Translations under genes and position numbers: made by a program
The notes under the pieces: generated by a model
What the model saw: only the letters and a program-made list of their open reading frames with translations
What the model was told of the DNA's origin: nothing
The model's database searches: none
From: Promethearchaeota archaeon
GTDB lineage: Archaea > Asgardarchaeota > Lokiarchaeia > Sigyniarchaeales > SOKP01
Length of the DNA stretch: 64,000 nt
Assembly (NCBI GenBank): GCA_016839705.1
Contig: JAEOTR010000017.1
Span: 1-64,000, forward strand
Reading direction: 5' to 3'
In this document: piece by piece, positions 31,114-40,594 of the stretch
Position numbering within the stretch: the first letter of the stretch is position 1
How the letters are laid out: the number at the start of each line of letters is the position of its first letter

Positions 31114-32091
31114 ATGATTGGTGAATTCATCGCAATCTTAGCAGTATTGACGTTTGTTGGATCAAATGTGATTTTTCGACAAACAGAACGAGAAGTTAGT
31201 CCGACTTTTATCAACTTCTTTCGTACAAGTATAGGTACACTAACATTTTTTCTTATTATACTACTTATAAATCAATTTAATCTTATTTTCATTATTCCAT
31301 GGGAGTTATGGCTCCTTCTAATCTCGAGTTTTATTTTTGGGCAAGTTATTGGAGATACTGCTTATTTTACTGCACAGAAAGAACTGGGAACTACCATAGC
31401 ATTAGCAATATCTATGACTTTTCCTCTATTTACCTTCATTTTATCTTTAATTTTCCTTGACCGTGTGTTTAACCTTAACTTGATTTTAGCTCTAGTCTTA
31501 ATTGGAATTGGAATTACTATTATAGGAAAGTCTAAAATAAACTCGGGAAGTTCGGATCATGAAAAATTGGTTCCTTTACACATAGATAAGAAAAATCAGG
31601 TTGATGAACTTTCCCGTAAAGGTCTTATCAAGGCAATAGGATTTTGCATTATCGCATCTTTAGGATGGGCTGTAGGCGCCGTCATAATTGAATTTGCAAC
31701 ATCTCAAATAGATCAACTTATCCATATGGAACAACTAAGTTCTCTAATTGGGAATGTAATTCGGTTTCCTTTCGCAACACTAATTTTAGGATCAATGGTA
31801 TTGCGAGAAAATCACTTAAAAAAACATAATAATCCGCAGCAAAATGATAAGAAAAGTCTTCGCGTATGGATATTATTAATAGGTGCTTCAATTTTAGGTA
31901 CGTCACTAGGAGCCTATCTTTATACTGAAGCGGTACATTTAGCAGGAGCAAATATAATGTCATTAGTGGCAAGTGCTAGCCCCCTATTTGCGTTACCTTT
32001 GACTTATTTTGTAAATAAAGAAAAAATTTCTAAATATGGATTTATTGGAGTAATATTAACGATATTAGGAGTGATTCTAATCCTAATTTAA
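31114..32091 (+). CDS. DMT/EamA family transporter
   Basis: ~10 TM in two repeats; GDTAYF, SPLFAL, KEKIS. Confidence 0.88.
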   Translation: MIGEFIAILAVLTFVGSNVIFRQTEREVSPTFINFFRTSIGTLTFFLIILLINQFNLIFIIPWELWLLLISSFIFGQVIGDTAYFTAQKELGTTIALAISMTFPLFTFILSLIFLDRVFNLNLILALVLIGIGITIIGKSKINSGSSDHEKLVPLHIDKKNQVDELSRKGLIKAIGFCIIASLGWAVGAVIIEFATSQIDQLIHMEQLSSLIGNVIRFPFATLILGSMVLRENHLKKHNNPQQNDKKSLRVWILLIGASILGTSLGAYLYTEAVHLAGANIMSLVASASPLFALPLTYFVNKEKISKYGFIGVILTILGVILILI

Positions 32092-32120
32092 ATCAGAATT
32101 CCCTTAAAGATTAATTTTCT

Positions 32121-32729
32121 TTAATCAATCCGATCATAATCTAATCTATTTTTTTCTAATATCTTGATAACTAACTCTTTAAAAATTTCTTTTATATTAC
32201 AATTCTCTTTCGAAGAAGTTCTGAAAAAATCAACTTCTTCATGACGACTCATGAATCTATCTATAACTAATTTATCCACTCTTGTTTTATCATCAACATT
32301 TTCGACAAGATCGTTTTTCGCACCAATAAAAATTCTAGGTGTGTTTCCATGATTAAATTCGCCTAATCTCTCATACCACCAGTCTAACCGAAGTAAAGTT
32401 TGAAGATCTACCAAATTAAATATCATAAAAATTCCATTGGCACCATTAATATAATACGGAAACAATTTTTTAAATTGCTCTCGTCCACCAAAATCCCAAA
32501 TGCTAATTCTTACAAAAGTATCTTCTCCATTCACTATAATAGGGAGATCATAAGTATAAAACTCAATTCCTAACGTTTCTTTAGTGTCAACCTCAAAAGT
32601 ATTGAAGCACAAACGCTTGGCAATACAAGTCTTCCCGACTCTTTCCTGCCCGATCAAAACTACCTTAAAAATATAGATAGGTTTGTTATCTGTATTAATT
32701 TTAGTAGATGAATTAAATTGTTCAGTCAT
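32121..32729 (-). CDS. Rab-like small GTPase
   Basis: FKVVLIGQERVGKT, TLGIEF, WDFGGREQF, GAKND, TSSK. Confidence 0.92.
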   Translation of the reverse strand: MTEQFNSSTKINTDNKPIYIFKVVLIGQERVGKTCIAKRLCFNTFEVDTKETLGIEFYTYDLPIIVNGEDTFVRISIWDFGGREQFKKLFPYYINGANGIFMIFNLVDLQTLLRLDWWYERLGEFNHGNTPRIFIGAKNDLVENVDDKTRVDKLVIDRFMSRHEEVDFFRTSSKENCNIKEIFKELVIKILEKNRLDYDRID

Positions 32730-32883
32730 AAATAAAGAAAACTTCTTTTTATTGTATATAATAAATTATAGTTTAATAATAAAAAATACAAGTTGAGATT
32801 TATAAATTTTGAACCTTATTTATATACTATGGAAAAGGTGACAAGATTATGAAAGGGGGAGATTTTTTTCCGATTAATTAAAT

Positions 32884-33945
32884 TCATTTTAGATATATTT
32901 TTCCGTCATGATGAATTTCTGCATGAGTCGGTTGTACGTGTTGCCAAGCACCATCATTTACAATTTCTACTTCATGTGACATTATAGTTTCTGTTGAGAC
33001 TCCACTAATATGAGAATGTCCATATATAATATGGTTGATCAAAGTAAAATCGCATTTAGCTTCTTCAAAAAACTCTTTTATACCATTAATATAATAGTTA
33101 GATTCCTTAGCATTTTCCCATTTCTTCATTATTTTTATGTTCAATTTCACTATATTGAATTCAAGGCTACTTAGATCTGAAAAAAGAATATCGATATCAT
33201 CAGAGGATATATTTTTTAATTTTACTAAATCTGATTTCATCTCCTCCATTGTAATTGGTTTAATTTTTCTGTGCTCTTTAACAACCTCATTCCAAAAGTA
33301 ATCAAAGGTTTCCTTTACTTCAGCATTATGATATGAAATCATTGATTTCCATAGGGGGGCTACAAAAAATCGAAACACATCAGAATCAAATTGATAACCA
33401 TGTAACATCAAACATTTATAATCTTCTTTTAAATCAAGTTTATCAACTTTAATTTTATTAATGGGGTGATTATAAATTTGATCCTGTGATTCATATAACA
33501 ATAAGGCACTCTCATTTTCCCATTTACTTAAAATAATATACTGACAAATCATATTGGATGGAAATAACTCCTCAATAATGCTGTTTTTAAATTTCAATAA
33601 AAAAAATTTTTTTCGTTTCTTAAATTTCTCATCATAATTTCCCGAGAAGACACTACTGGTAACAGGAATTTCATGATTTCCTGGGATAAAAATAAGGTTC
33701 ATTTTCTTTTTTATTTCTAACAGTTGGTTAAAAATACTTATAATTTTAATATCTGTTAAAAACGTTTTTTTCACAGATGTACACAAATCAATAAAATCAC
33801 CTAAGATTAAAAGCGCTTGTAGATCATCTCCGAATTCTCCAGCAATAATTTTATTTAAAAAAAAACTAAATTGATCCAAATTACTTTTTAGAGCACTTAG
33901 ATGTATATCAGATACAATTAAAATTCGAGGTTCTAACTCACCCAT
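32884..33945 (-). CDS. Calcineurin-like metallophosphoesterase
   Basis: SDIH, GDFID, GNHE, LHG, GHSH motifs. Confidence 0.88.
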   Translation of the reverse strand: MGELEPRILIVSDIHLSALKSNLDQFSFFLNKIIAGEFGDDLQALLILGDFIDLCTSVKKTFLTDIKIISIFNQLLEIKKKMNLIFIPGNHEIPVTSSVFSGNYDEKFKKRKKFFLLKFKNSIIEELFPSNMICQYIILSKWENESALLLYESQDQIYNHPINKIKVDKLDLKEDYKCLMLHGYQFDSDVFRFFVAPLWKSMISYHNAEVKETFDYFWNEVVKEHRKIKPITMEEMKSDLVKLKNISSDDIDILFSDLSSLEFNIVKLNIKIMKKWENAKESNYYINGIKEFFEEAKCDFTLINHIIYGHSHISGVSTETIMSHEVEIVNDGAWQHVQPTHAEIHHDGKIYLK

Positions 33946-34077
33946 TTTTTACAGTTCCTCTTGAAATTCTTCTATCTAAATTAAATTGTTTTAAAATATT
34001 TTTAATTGTATAATTATTTTATCTTTCAATACAACTCCTATAAGCCTTAACCTATAGAAATTTTTTGATTGGTTATT

Positions 34078-34245
34078 TTAGAAGAGGATTCTGGCTTTTA
34101 TCTTTTTTGCTTTATCAAGATACTCTGTACAATTCTTACAATCAGGGATCTTACATAAAAACTGCAATTTCGGAAGTTCACAGATGTCGATAAACGGACA
34201 AGTCAACAACTCAAATCTTGGTATATCTACAATATTAGTGTCCAT
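34078..34245 (-). CDS. 55-aa Cys-rich small protein
   Basis: Manual translation MDTNIVDIPRFELLTCPFIDICELPKLQFLCKIPDCKNCTEYLDKAKKIKARILF*; below track cutoff. Confidence 0.6.
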   Translation of the reverse strand: MDTNIVDIPRFELLTCPFIDICELPKLQFLCKIPDCKNCTEYLDKAKKIKARILF

Positions 34246-34408
34246 TTGATTCACATTATTATGAAGCTATATAAATAAAAAACAAGACTATGTCCTTTTA
34301 AAATCTCTGAGAGCAAAAAATTTATAATAAATTTCAGAGAATCATGAGTAATTTATCTCTAAATTTAAATTAGTTAACGCTAGAATTACTTTATAATAAG
34401 TATTTTTT

Positions 34409-35188
34409 GTGAGACTAATGAATGATGATGAATTATATGATTTTTTGATTTCTGAATTTGAACATCCATTCTCAGGATGGGATTTCTCGTATATTAATAA
34501 TCGATTTGTGGAATTTCCTTTAACATGGAGTTATTTTAGCAAAGTTTTGCAATTTATAAGAAAATCGGAATCACTCCTTGATATGGGGACTGGTGGAGGA
34601 GAGTTATTAGCAACGCTGGCACCGTTACCTAAATACACGTGTGCAACAGAAGCTTATAAACCAAATGTGTCCATTGCGAAAAAGAATTTAGAACCTCTAG
34701 GTATTACCATTTTTTCTTTAACCGATGAAGAAAAACTACCATTTTTGAATGAAAAATTTGATTTAATTATTAATCGTCATGAAGATTATAACCCAAATGA
34801 GGTGTATAGAATTCTTAAACATGAAGGAAACTTTATTACTCAACAAGTTGGAGATAAAAACAATTCCAAATTAAGGTCCATTTTAACCGAAAGCCAAGTT
34901 TTAGAAAATGAAAGGGAATGGAATTTAGAATATACAAAAAATGAATTAGAAGCTACTGGTTTTGAGGTACTAGAAGGTTTAGAAGATATTACACTAACGC
35001 GAATATTTGATGTGGGAGCCTTAGTATATTATATGAAAGCCATCTCTTTTGATTTTCCAGATTTCACTGTTAAGAAATACTATAAAAAATTAGTGGAGAT
35101 CAATGAAATTATTAATGACAACGGATATTTAGATTTAGAGATGAACACCCATAGATTTATAATTAAAGCAAAAAAATCTAAGATTTAA
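34409..35188 (+). CDS. Class I SAM-dependent methyltransferase
   Basis: FSGWDFS, LLDMGTGGGE, FDLIINRH, FITQQVG. Confidence 0.88.
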   Translation: MRLMNDDELYDFLISEFEHPFSGWDFSYINNRFVEFPLTWSYFSKVLQFIRKSESLLDMGTGGGELLATLAPLPKYTCATEAYKPNVSIAKKNLEPLGITIFSLTDEEKLPFLNEKFDLIINRHEDYNPNEVYRILKHEGNFITQQVGDKNNSKLRSILTESQVLENEREWNLEYTKNELEATGFEVLEGLEDITLTRIFDVGALVYYMKAISFDFPDFTVKKYYKKLVEINEIINDNGYLDLEMNTHRFIIKAKKSKI

Positions 35189-35488
35189 TCATACTTTAGG
35201 ATCTGCAAATACAACGCTCTGTTAAGCCTATGTGTGGATTTTTAAGTGGATATTAATCTCTAAATCTTATTTCATAAGAGATTTAATATATATTGGTTAT
35301 GATTTTCAGTGTCTTTATATTGTATTCATTAGTTCAAGATCAACTAGTGCCCCAATCTATTTCAGATATTGATCATTTTATATGATAGGAATTTACTAAT
35401 AAAAACAATAAAAATTTTCTACCCCAATTTTTTTTGTCGACTGGATCTAGTGGATCAAATTACTCTGTTATCATAGATCAAACAACAC

Positions 35489-35500
35489 ATTTATATATAA
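35489..35500 (+). promoter_or_regulatory. Candidate TATA box of histone gene
   Basis: TTTATATATAA ~95 bp upstream of histone ATG; GGAGG SD precedes ATG. Confidence 0.4.
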
Positions 35501-35592
35501 GAATTAACAATTTAGATATATATACATCAATTTTATAAAAATCTAAAATTTTTGTAGAACAGAATTATTTAAATAAGTGGAGGAATAAAAAA

Positions 35593-35799
35593 ATGGCAGC
35601 ATTTGCATGGAGTCCATTACGGGCTCTAATGAAAAAAGCCGGAGCTGAAATAGTAAGTCGAGCAGCAGTTGATAAATTAATGGACTATTTAGAGGAATAT
35701 GCTAAAAATCTAACTGGTTGTGCGCTTGATATTGCTAAACACTCTGGAAGAAAGAAAGTAACCGCAGCTGACATGAAAATTGCTATTGGATTAATTTAA
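35593..35799 (+). CDS. Archaeal histone (HMf type, tail-less)
   Basis: PLRALMKKAGAEIVSRAA...AKHSGRKKVTAADM histone fold; GGAGG SD. Confidence 0.95.
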   Translation: MAAFAWSPLRALMKKAGAEIVSRAAVDKLMDYLEEYAKNLTGCALDIAKHSGRKKVTAADMKIAIGLI

Positions 35800-35822
35800 G
35801 CAATTTCATGTTGCTCAACTAT

Positions 35823-35853
35823 AAAGAATAAAAATTTTTATTTCTTTTTTTTT
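35823..35853 (+). terminator. Putative terminator after histone gene
   Basis: AT-rich inverted repeat AAAGAATAAAAA/TTTTTATTTCTTT running into a T9 tract. Confidence 0.45.
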
Positions 35854-35904
35854 ATAATTATAAAAAGATATTCAGATCAGATTATTTTCGAGGAAGGATT
35901 TAAT

Positions 35905-36729
35905 TTGGGATATGAAGAATCTATTAATAAGCAATATGGGAAATCGAATCTTGGTGCTCAAATTCTGGATACATTACGAAGTAAAGGAATTGATACTGCT
36001 AAAGAAATCCAAGAAACTCTTGCTCCGATTGAAGAACTCCATCTCCGAGGAATGAGCGCGACTTTAGAACTTATTCAAGAGTCAGGGCTTACTAAAAACA
36101 TGAATGTACTTGATGTGGGGTGTGGTATTGGTGGATCTACAAGGATTTTAGTTTCTAAAGTCGGATGTAAGGTTATAGGCATCGATCTCTGCGAAGAATT
36201 TTGTAGAGCAGCAGGTTTAATTAATGAACACCTAGGATATGCTGACAATATAGAAATTCACCAAGGAGATGCTCTAGATATGCCTTTTGCTAATGGGACT
36301 TTTGATGTCATTTTCATCCAACATGTTTTAATGAATATTGAGAATAAAAATCAATTATTCTCTGAAGTTTACCGTCTTCTTCGGCCAAAAGGTCGATTAG
36401 CACTTAATACAATCTGTGCGGGTTCAATTAGTCCTGTATATTTCCCAGTTATATGGGCTAATAACCCTAGTATCAGCTTCCTTCTTCCACCAAAAAAACT
36501 TCGACAACTCATTAGAAATAGTGGTTTTAAAGAACTTTTATGGAGAGACGATAAAAAAAAAGTCCTCAAAGAAATCGAAGTTAGGAGATCTAAACCTCCC
36601 TCAAATAAACCTAGACCAATAAGTTTGGATTTAATAGTTGCAAATACCCGTGAAAAATGGAAAAATATTGTACTTAACTTAAAAGAAGAGCGAATTGTGG
36701 TGATTCAAGGGGTTTTTGAACGGATTTAA
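35905..36729 (+). CDS. Class I SAM-dependent methyltransferase
   Basis: EELHLRG..AT, VLDVGCGIGG, QGDALDMPF, LRPKG. Confidence 0.88.
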   Translation: MGYEESINKQYGKSNLGAQILDTLRSKGIDTAKEIQETLAPIEELHLRGMSATLELIQESGLTKNMNVLDVGCGIGGSTRILVSKVGCKVIGIDLCEEFCRAAGLINEHLGYADNIEIHQGDALDMPFANGTFDVIFIQHVLMNIENKNQLFSEVYRLLRPKGRLALNTICAGSISPVYFPVIWANNPSISFLLPPKKLRQLIRNSGFKELLWRDDKKKVLKEIEVRRSKPPSNKPRPISLDLIVANTREKWKNIVLNLKEERIVVIQGVFERI

Positions 36730-36782
36730 TTTAAAATAATTTAGTAGGGAATGTAAAATTTATAGATAAACAAGTTAAATTG

Positions 36783-38441
36783 TTATTTTTTCTTCTTTTC
36801 CATTCGTTTCTTTAATGCAGTTGATGATATTCTTGCTCTTTTTTGACCTTTAGCGGCCCAAAAGCTTGATACGGGAGCTTGAGCTACTTCTCTTTCTTCC
36901 AATTCAATTTCTTCTAACTCATCTTCTAAATATGATAATCCCTCTGTAAAATCTTGTTCAGCAAATGTCCTGTTATTCGATTTTAATGATTTCATTTCAT
37001 TTAGAAGTTCAGCTCTCAAGGTTGTCAACTGTACTTTTGATTCTTGAGCTTTCCCAGAATAATATCCTCCCCCAGCAATTTGGATATTCTTCATGACATT
37101 AAATTTCTGATTATATTTAGATTTGAAATCATCCTCATCTTTAGTAACCCCAATCCTGTCGTTAATAACTCTCATCCTTTTATTTCCTTTCTTATCTAAG
37201 TACTCCACTTGTAGCTGTACAGGCACTTCTTCTTGTTCTTCTAATTCTTTAGCAGATTCTAATTCTAGAAATAATTCTCTATCTTCTGTAATTGCACCTA
37301 GAGTTATTTCTGATCCTTCTATCGCTCCTTTAGAGCTGTAAGCTCCAGATATGCTTTTAATTATAATTCGTGGTGGGACAATAACTCTTACTTTTACATC
37401 CCTCCCAATATACTCTTTTTGTCTAAGTTCGGAGAAAATTGCCTCCATCTCTTCACTTGAAATTAAATATAATGTCCCGCCTGTCGTATCAGTTAGTTTC
37501 CCCAATACTTGAAGTCCCATTTCATTATTATCACCTGAAGCAGACACCCCTACAACATCAACTATGATTTTATATTGATTACATGAATCAGCCATATCTT
37601 CATAAAACTTATTTGCTCCAGGACTTGTTCCTGATAAATTTCCAATCCCTTGATTGGCTAAACCGTCGGTTAAAAGAGTTATTCTTCCTGTTGAATTGAA
37701 AAATCCGAATGAAATAATGGCAAAATATAAAGCAGGCCCAAGTGCAGTCATATCCATTGATCTAAGGTCTTCGACTTTTTTGATCCAACCATCTGCGAAT
37801 TCACCAATAGAACCCAGAAATTTTTCTTTCTTTATTGCTTTTTTAAATTGAGACTTCATCCCTTCCAAAGTAAAGAGTATATCTCCACTAAAATTAATTG
37901 GATCTTTATCATGTCTTAAGTAATAGTACACAGTACTTTCAAAAGCTACCAAGATATATTTAGTTGTTGGTGAATTTATTTTAAAATCTTTTAGAGTTTG
38001 AATTAATGATTTTTTCACAGCTTCAATTTTAGCACCACTCATGCTTCCAGAGATATCAATAACTGAAATATACAAATCACCTTCAGTTTTAGATACCTTC
38101 ATTATTTCTGTTTCTTCTTTAGGTTTTTTCGCTTCTAAAGCTGATAGTAAATAATCAACATCATTTGGTAATTTTTTTGTTAATTTAGACTTATCTACGG
38201 AATTATCAGTTCCACAGAACTCGCATATATAGTAGGCACCTTTTTGAGGATCTTCTTTAATCATATCTACATCAGTAAAAACCGCGCCACAATTTTTACA
38301 TTTTATTGGCTCATCCTTTATTTCCCTCTTAGGGTTCCCTAATTCTTTAAAAGTTATTGAGTATAGATAAGGATATAACTCTTTTTTTGAAGGCTTTTTA
38401 GCGAGGAACTTGTTAAATGCTCTATCAAACATAGGTTTCAT
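36783..38441 (-). CDS. Sec23/Sec24-like protein: C4 Zn finger + vWA trunk + beta-sandwich
   Basis: CKNCGA...ICEFCGTDN; DISGS, TALGPAL, LTDGLANQGIG, TGG; IGRDVKVRV. Confidence 0.8.
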   Translation of the reverse strand: MKPMFDRAFNKFLAKKPSKKELYPYLYSITFKELGNPKREIKDEPIKCKNCGAVFTDVDMIKEDPQKGAYYICEFCGTDNSVDKSKLTKKLPNDVDYLLSALEAKKPKEETEIMKVSKTEGDLYISVIDISGSMSGAKIEAVKKSLIQTLKDFKINSPTTKYILVAFESTVYYYLRHDKDPINFSGDILFTLEGMKSQFKKAIKKEKFLGSIGEFADGWIKKVEDLRSMDMTALGPALYFAIISFGFFNSTGRITLLTDGLANQGIGNLSGTSPGANKFYEDMADSCNQYKIIVDVVGVSASGDNNEMGLQVLGKLTDTTGGTLYLISSEEMEAIFSELRQKEYIGRDVKVRVIVPPRIIIKSISGAYSSKGAIEGSEITLGAITEDRELFLELESAKELEEQEEVPVQLQVEYLDKKGNKRMRVINDRIGVTKDEDDFKSKYNQKFNVMKNIQIAGGGYYSGKAQESKVQLTTLRAELLNEMKSLKSNNRTFAEQDFTEGLSYLEDELEEIELEEREVAQAPVSSFWAAKGQKRARISSTALKKRMEKKKK

Positions 38442-38524
38442 AAATTGAATTTTGAGAATGTAATAAAAACTGAATTATAAAAAATTATGGTTAATTTTTT
38501 AAAAAATTAAAAAAAAACCTTTAT

Positions 38525-38594
38525 CCCGTGCCCCTTGCTGAGGTGTCTTCGGTCATCTCGCTTTTAATATGCCCGAATCATTCTTTATTGGGAT
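38525..38594 (-). promoter_or_regulatory. Eukaryote-type SECIS element overlapping the stop codon
   Basis: AUGA(38581-38578)-UUCGGGCAUAUU-AAAAGC-GAGAUGACCGAA-GA(38547-38546); UUCGG/CCGAA and CAU/AUG pairing; GC-rich patch in AT-rich DNA. Confidence 0.85.
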
Positions 38595-39108
38595 TTTTAA
38601 TATTTTCATCTATAATTGATATCATCATTTCAATCGATGGTCGGTCTGTTTTATCTTTCCCAATATATTTCCATATAATTCTTCCTTCCTTGTTGATTAG
38701 AAATTTACTGGGGACAGCTTGTTTGATGTTTATTTTTTTTCCTGCACCTGGAGCAAACCAGTATACATCATACTCCTTTGCTATTTTTGCACCACGATCA
38801 GAGATTATATCAACAGTAAATTTATTTTCTTCTTTAAATTTCCTGAGAAGTCTAATACTGTCACTAGCTATCGATAAAAGTTTTATTCTTCGCTTTTTGA
38901 ATTTTGATAAATGCTCTGTTAGTAATGTCAAATGTTTTTTACAGTGAGTTCACCAATTCCCTCGGAAAAAATCTATTAATACGCCGTTAAATTCGTTGAG
39001 GAATTTACTTAAATTAATGGGATTATCATAGATATCCACTGTGTTTATTTGAGGTGCTTCTCTGTTTGTACTTATTCCTTTAGGTCTAGGTGGTTCATCA
39101 GCATTCAT
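38578..39108 (-). CDS. Peroxiredoxin-like (AhpC/TSA) selenoprotein, UxxC, 176 aa
   Basis: Track ORFs 38950..39213 and 38578..38931 are one frame joined by TGA 38952-38950: FFRGNW-U-THC, matching RGxWCxxC; SD..IAKEY, PSKFLINKEG. Confidence 0.92.
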
Positions 39109-39199
39109 AATATTTAATTTAGTCCTATTAGATTTAAATAATATTATTATAATATGTAAAGAGTTGATGAAAATGAGAAATTTCTTTTCTTTACGTTTC

Positions 39200-39718
39200 T
39201 CAATACTTTTCAAAAAGATTTTCAGTCATAATATTGAATGCTCTTTCAACATTTTCCCCAGTTTTTGAAGATAACTCAATAAAATTAGAGAGGTTGTATT
39301 TTTTAGCAGCTAAAATGCCATCTTCTCTCGGGACTGCACGGAATTGATCTAAATCTTTTTTTGATCCAATTAGCATTATTGGGATGTCTCCAGCCTGTTC
39401 TCTTACAATTTGTGTCCAATCCGGCAAATGATCGATACTTCTCACATTTGTAATATCATAAAGAAAAAATGCTCCATTTGCTCCTTTACAATATTGAGAA
39501 AGGAGAAATCTAAATCTTTCTTCACCCCCAAAATCCCACATTTGCAATTTTACTTTTTTTCCATTGAAAAGAGTTGTTTTAGAATAAAAATCTACGCCAA
39601 TTGTTAATTTCAAATCCTGCATGAAGTATCCAGAAATATATCTTAAGGTGAGGGACGTTTTCCCGACAGATGCATCTCCCAACATCATCAATTTAAATGT
39701 ATAATCGTAATCTGTCAT
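39200..39718 (-). CDS. Rab-like small GTPase
   Basis: YDYTFKLMMLGDASVGKT, TIGVDF, WDFGGEERF, GSKKD, SSKTGENV. Confidence 0.95.
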   Translation of the reverse strand: MTDYDYTFKLMMLGDASVGKTSLTLRYISGYFMQDLKLTIGVDFYSKTTLFNGKKVKLQMWDFGGEERFRFLLSQYCKGANGAFFLYDITNVRSIDHLPDWTQIVREQAGDIPIMLIGSKKDLDQFRAVPREDGILAAKKYNLSNFIELSSKTGENVERAFNIMTENLFEKY

Positions 39719-39870
39719 TCTTTTCTTTACACTGAATATATTTGAAATTTTTCTCGGGTTTAAGGGATAAGAATTTTTAATAATGTAATTTTAAACTTAA
39801 GATATTAATAAACCTAGTATTAATTAATTTTTGTTTAATTTAAAAGTTATATTTCGAGTACATTGAATAA

Positions 39871-40506
39871 TCATAATAATAAAACCAGAATATTAAAGCA
39901 AGAATGTGCCACAGAGCATGGAATTAATGAATAATTAAAATATAAAAAAGTAAGAGCTAATAATACTCCTAAGATAAAATAATAACCAAAAAAAGTTAGT
40001 ATCGTAGTAACAGGTACTATAATAGGAGGAACATGATAGAACGCAAAAAGAACCGAAGAGATTATGACACCATAAACTACCTTTGTTTTGACCTGTAACT
40101 TCTTAATGATAAATACTCGAAAGAATGCTTCTTCACAAGGACCAATAATAATTATTTGCAATATTATTAGAATTGATAATTGGATTACATCGGGTTGTAC
40201 TGGGGTAGTATTTATCGCCCCTTCTTGTCCCTGTTCAATGAATCCACTACCAAACAAATTTTCTACGATTACATTTCTAAAGAATATTATTAGAAAGCTT
40301 CCTAAAAAGAAAAGTAAGATGCCAATACTTATTCCTGCAATGATTTTAATGATTAATTCTTCATTTTTTTGGAATCCCATTTCAGAAAGTAATTTTTTGA
40401 ATTTCTTTTTTTCAATTTTACTTGAAATAAGTGCAGGAATAAAAACCAGAAGTGTTTCAAGGAATATTAGAGTTATTAAAAACCAAGGATTTTCTCCTAG
40501 CTGCAT
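39871..40506 (-). CDS. CPBP/Abi (Rce1-like) intramembrane glutamic protease
   Basis: EEAFFR, FAFYH, AHSCFN motifs intact. Confidence 0.9.
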   Translation of the reverse strand: MQLGENPWFLITLIFLETLLVFIPALISSKIEKKKFKKLLSEMGFQKNEELIIKIIAGISIGILLFFLGSFLIIFFRNVIVENLFGSGFIEQGQEGAINTTPVQPDVIQLSILIILQIIIIGPCEEAFFRVFIIKKLQVKTKVVYGVIISSVLFAFYHVPPIIVPVTTILTFFGYYFILGVLLALTFLYFNYSLIPCSVAHSCFNILVLLL

Positions 40507-40594
40507 TATTTAATTCCTTATGATTTAATTTGGCAAATCAAAAAATTAAATATCTCATTACTATTATTATTATCTCTTTCTCTCACTTCTTTTA

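Noticed and set aside
35799-35815. Hairpin AGCAA-TTTCATG-TTGCT after the histone stop as a eukaryotic histone stem-loop
   Set aside because: Does not match the GGYYYU-UUUH-ARRRCC consensus; weak stem
38950-38952. TGA as a nonsense mutation (pseudogene) or TGA=Trp code
   Set aside because: It sits at the redox Cys position with a SECIS downstream, and TGA ends other genes here normally
39109-39213. 35-aa hydrophobic N-terminal extension of the Prx-like ORF as a signal peptide
   Set aside because: Starts inside the Rab gene and crosses AT-rich promoter-like DNA; ATG 39108 gives a normal-sized domain
39200-40506. CPBP protease as a CAAX protease for the adjacent Rab
   Set aside because: The GTPase ends ENLFEKY with no Cys or CAAX
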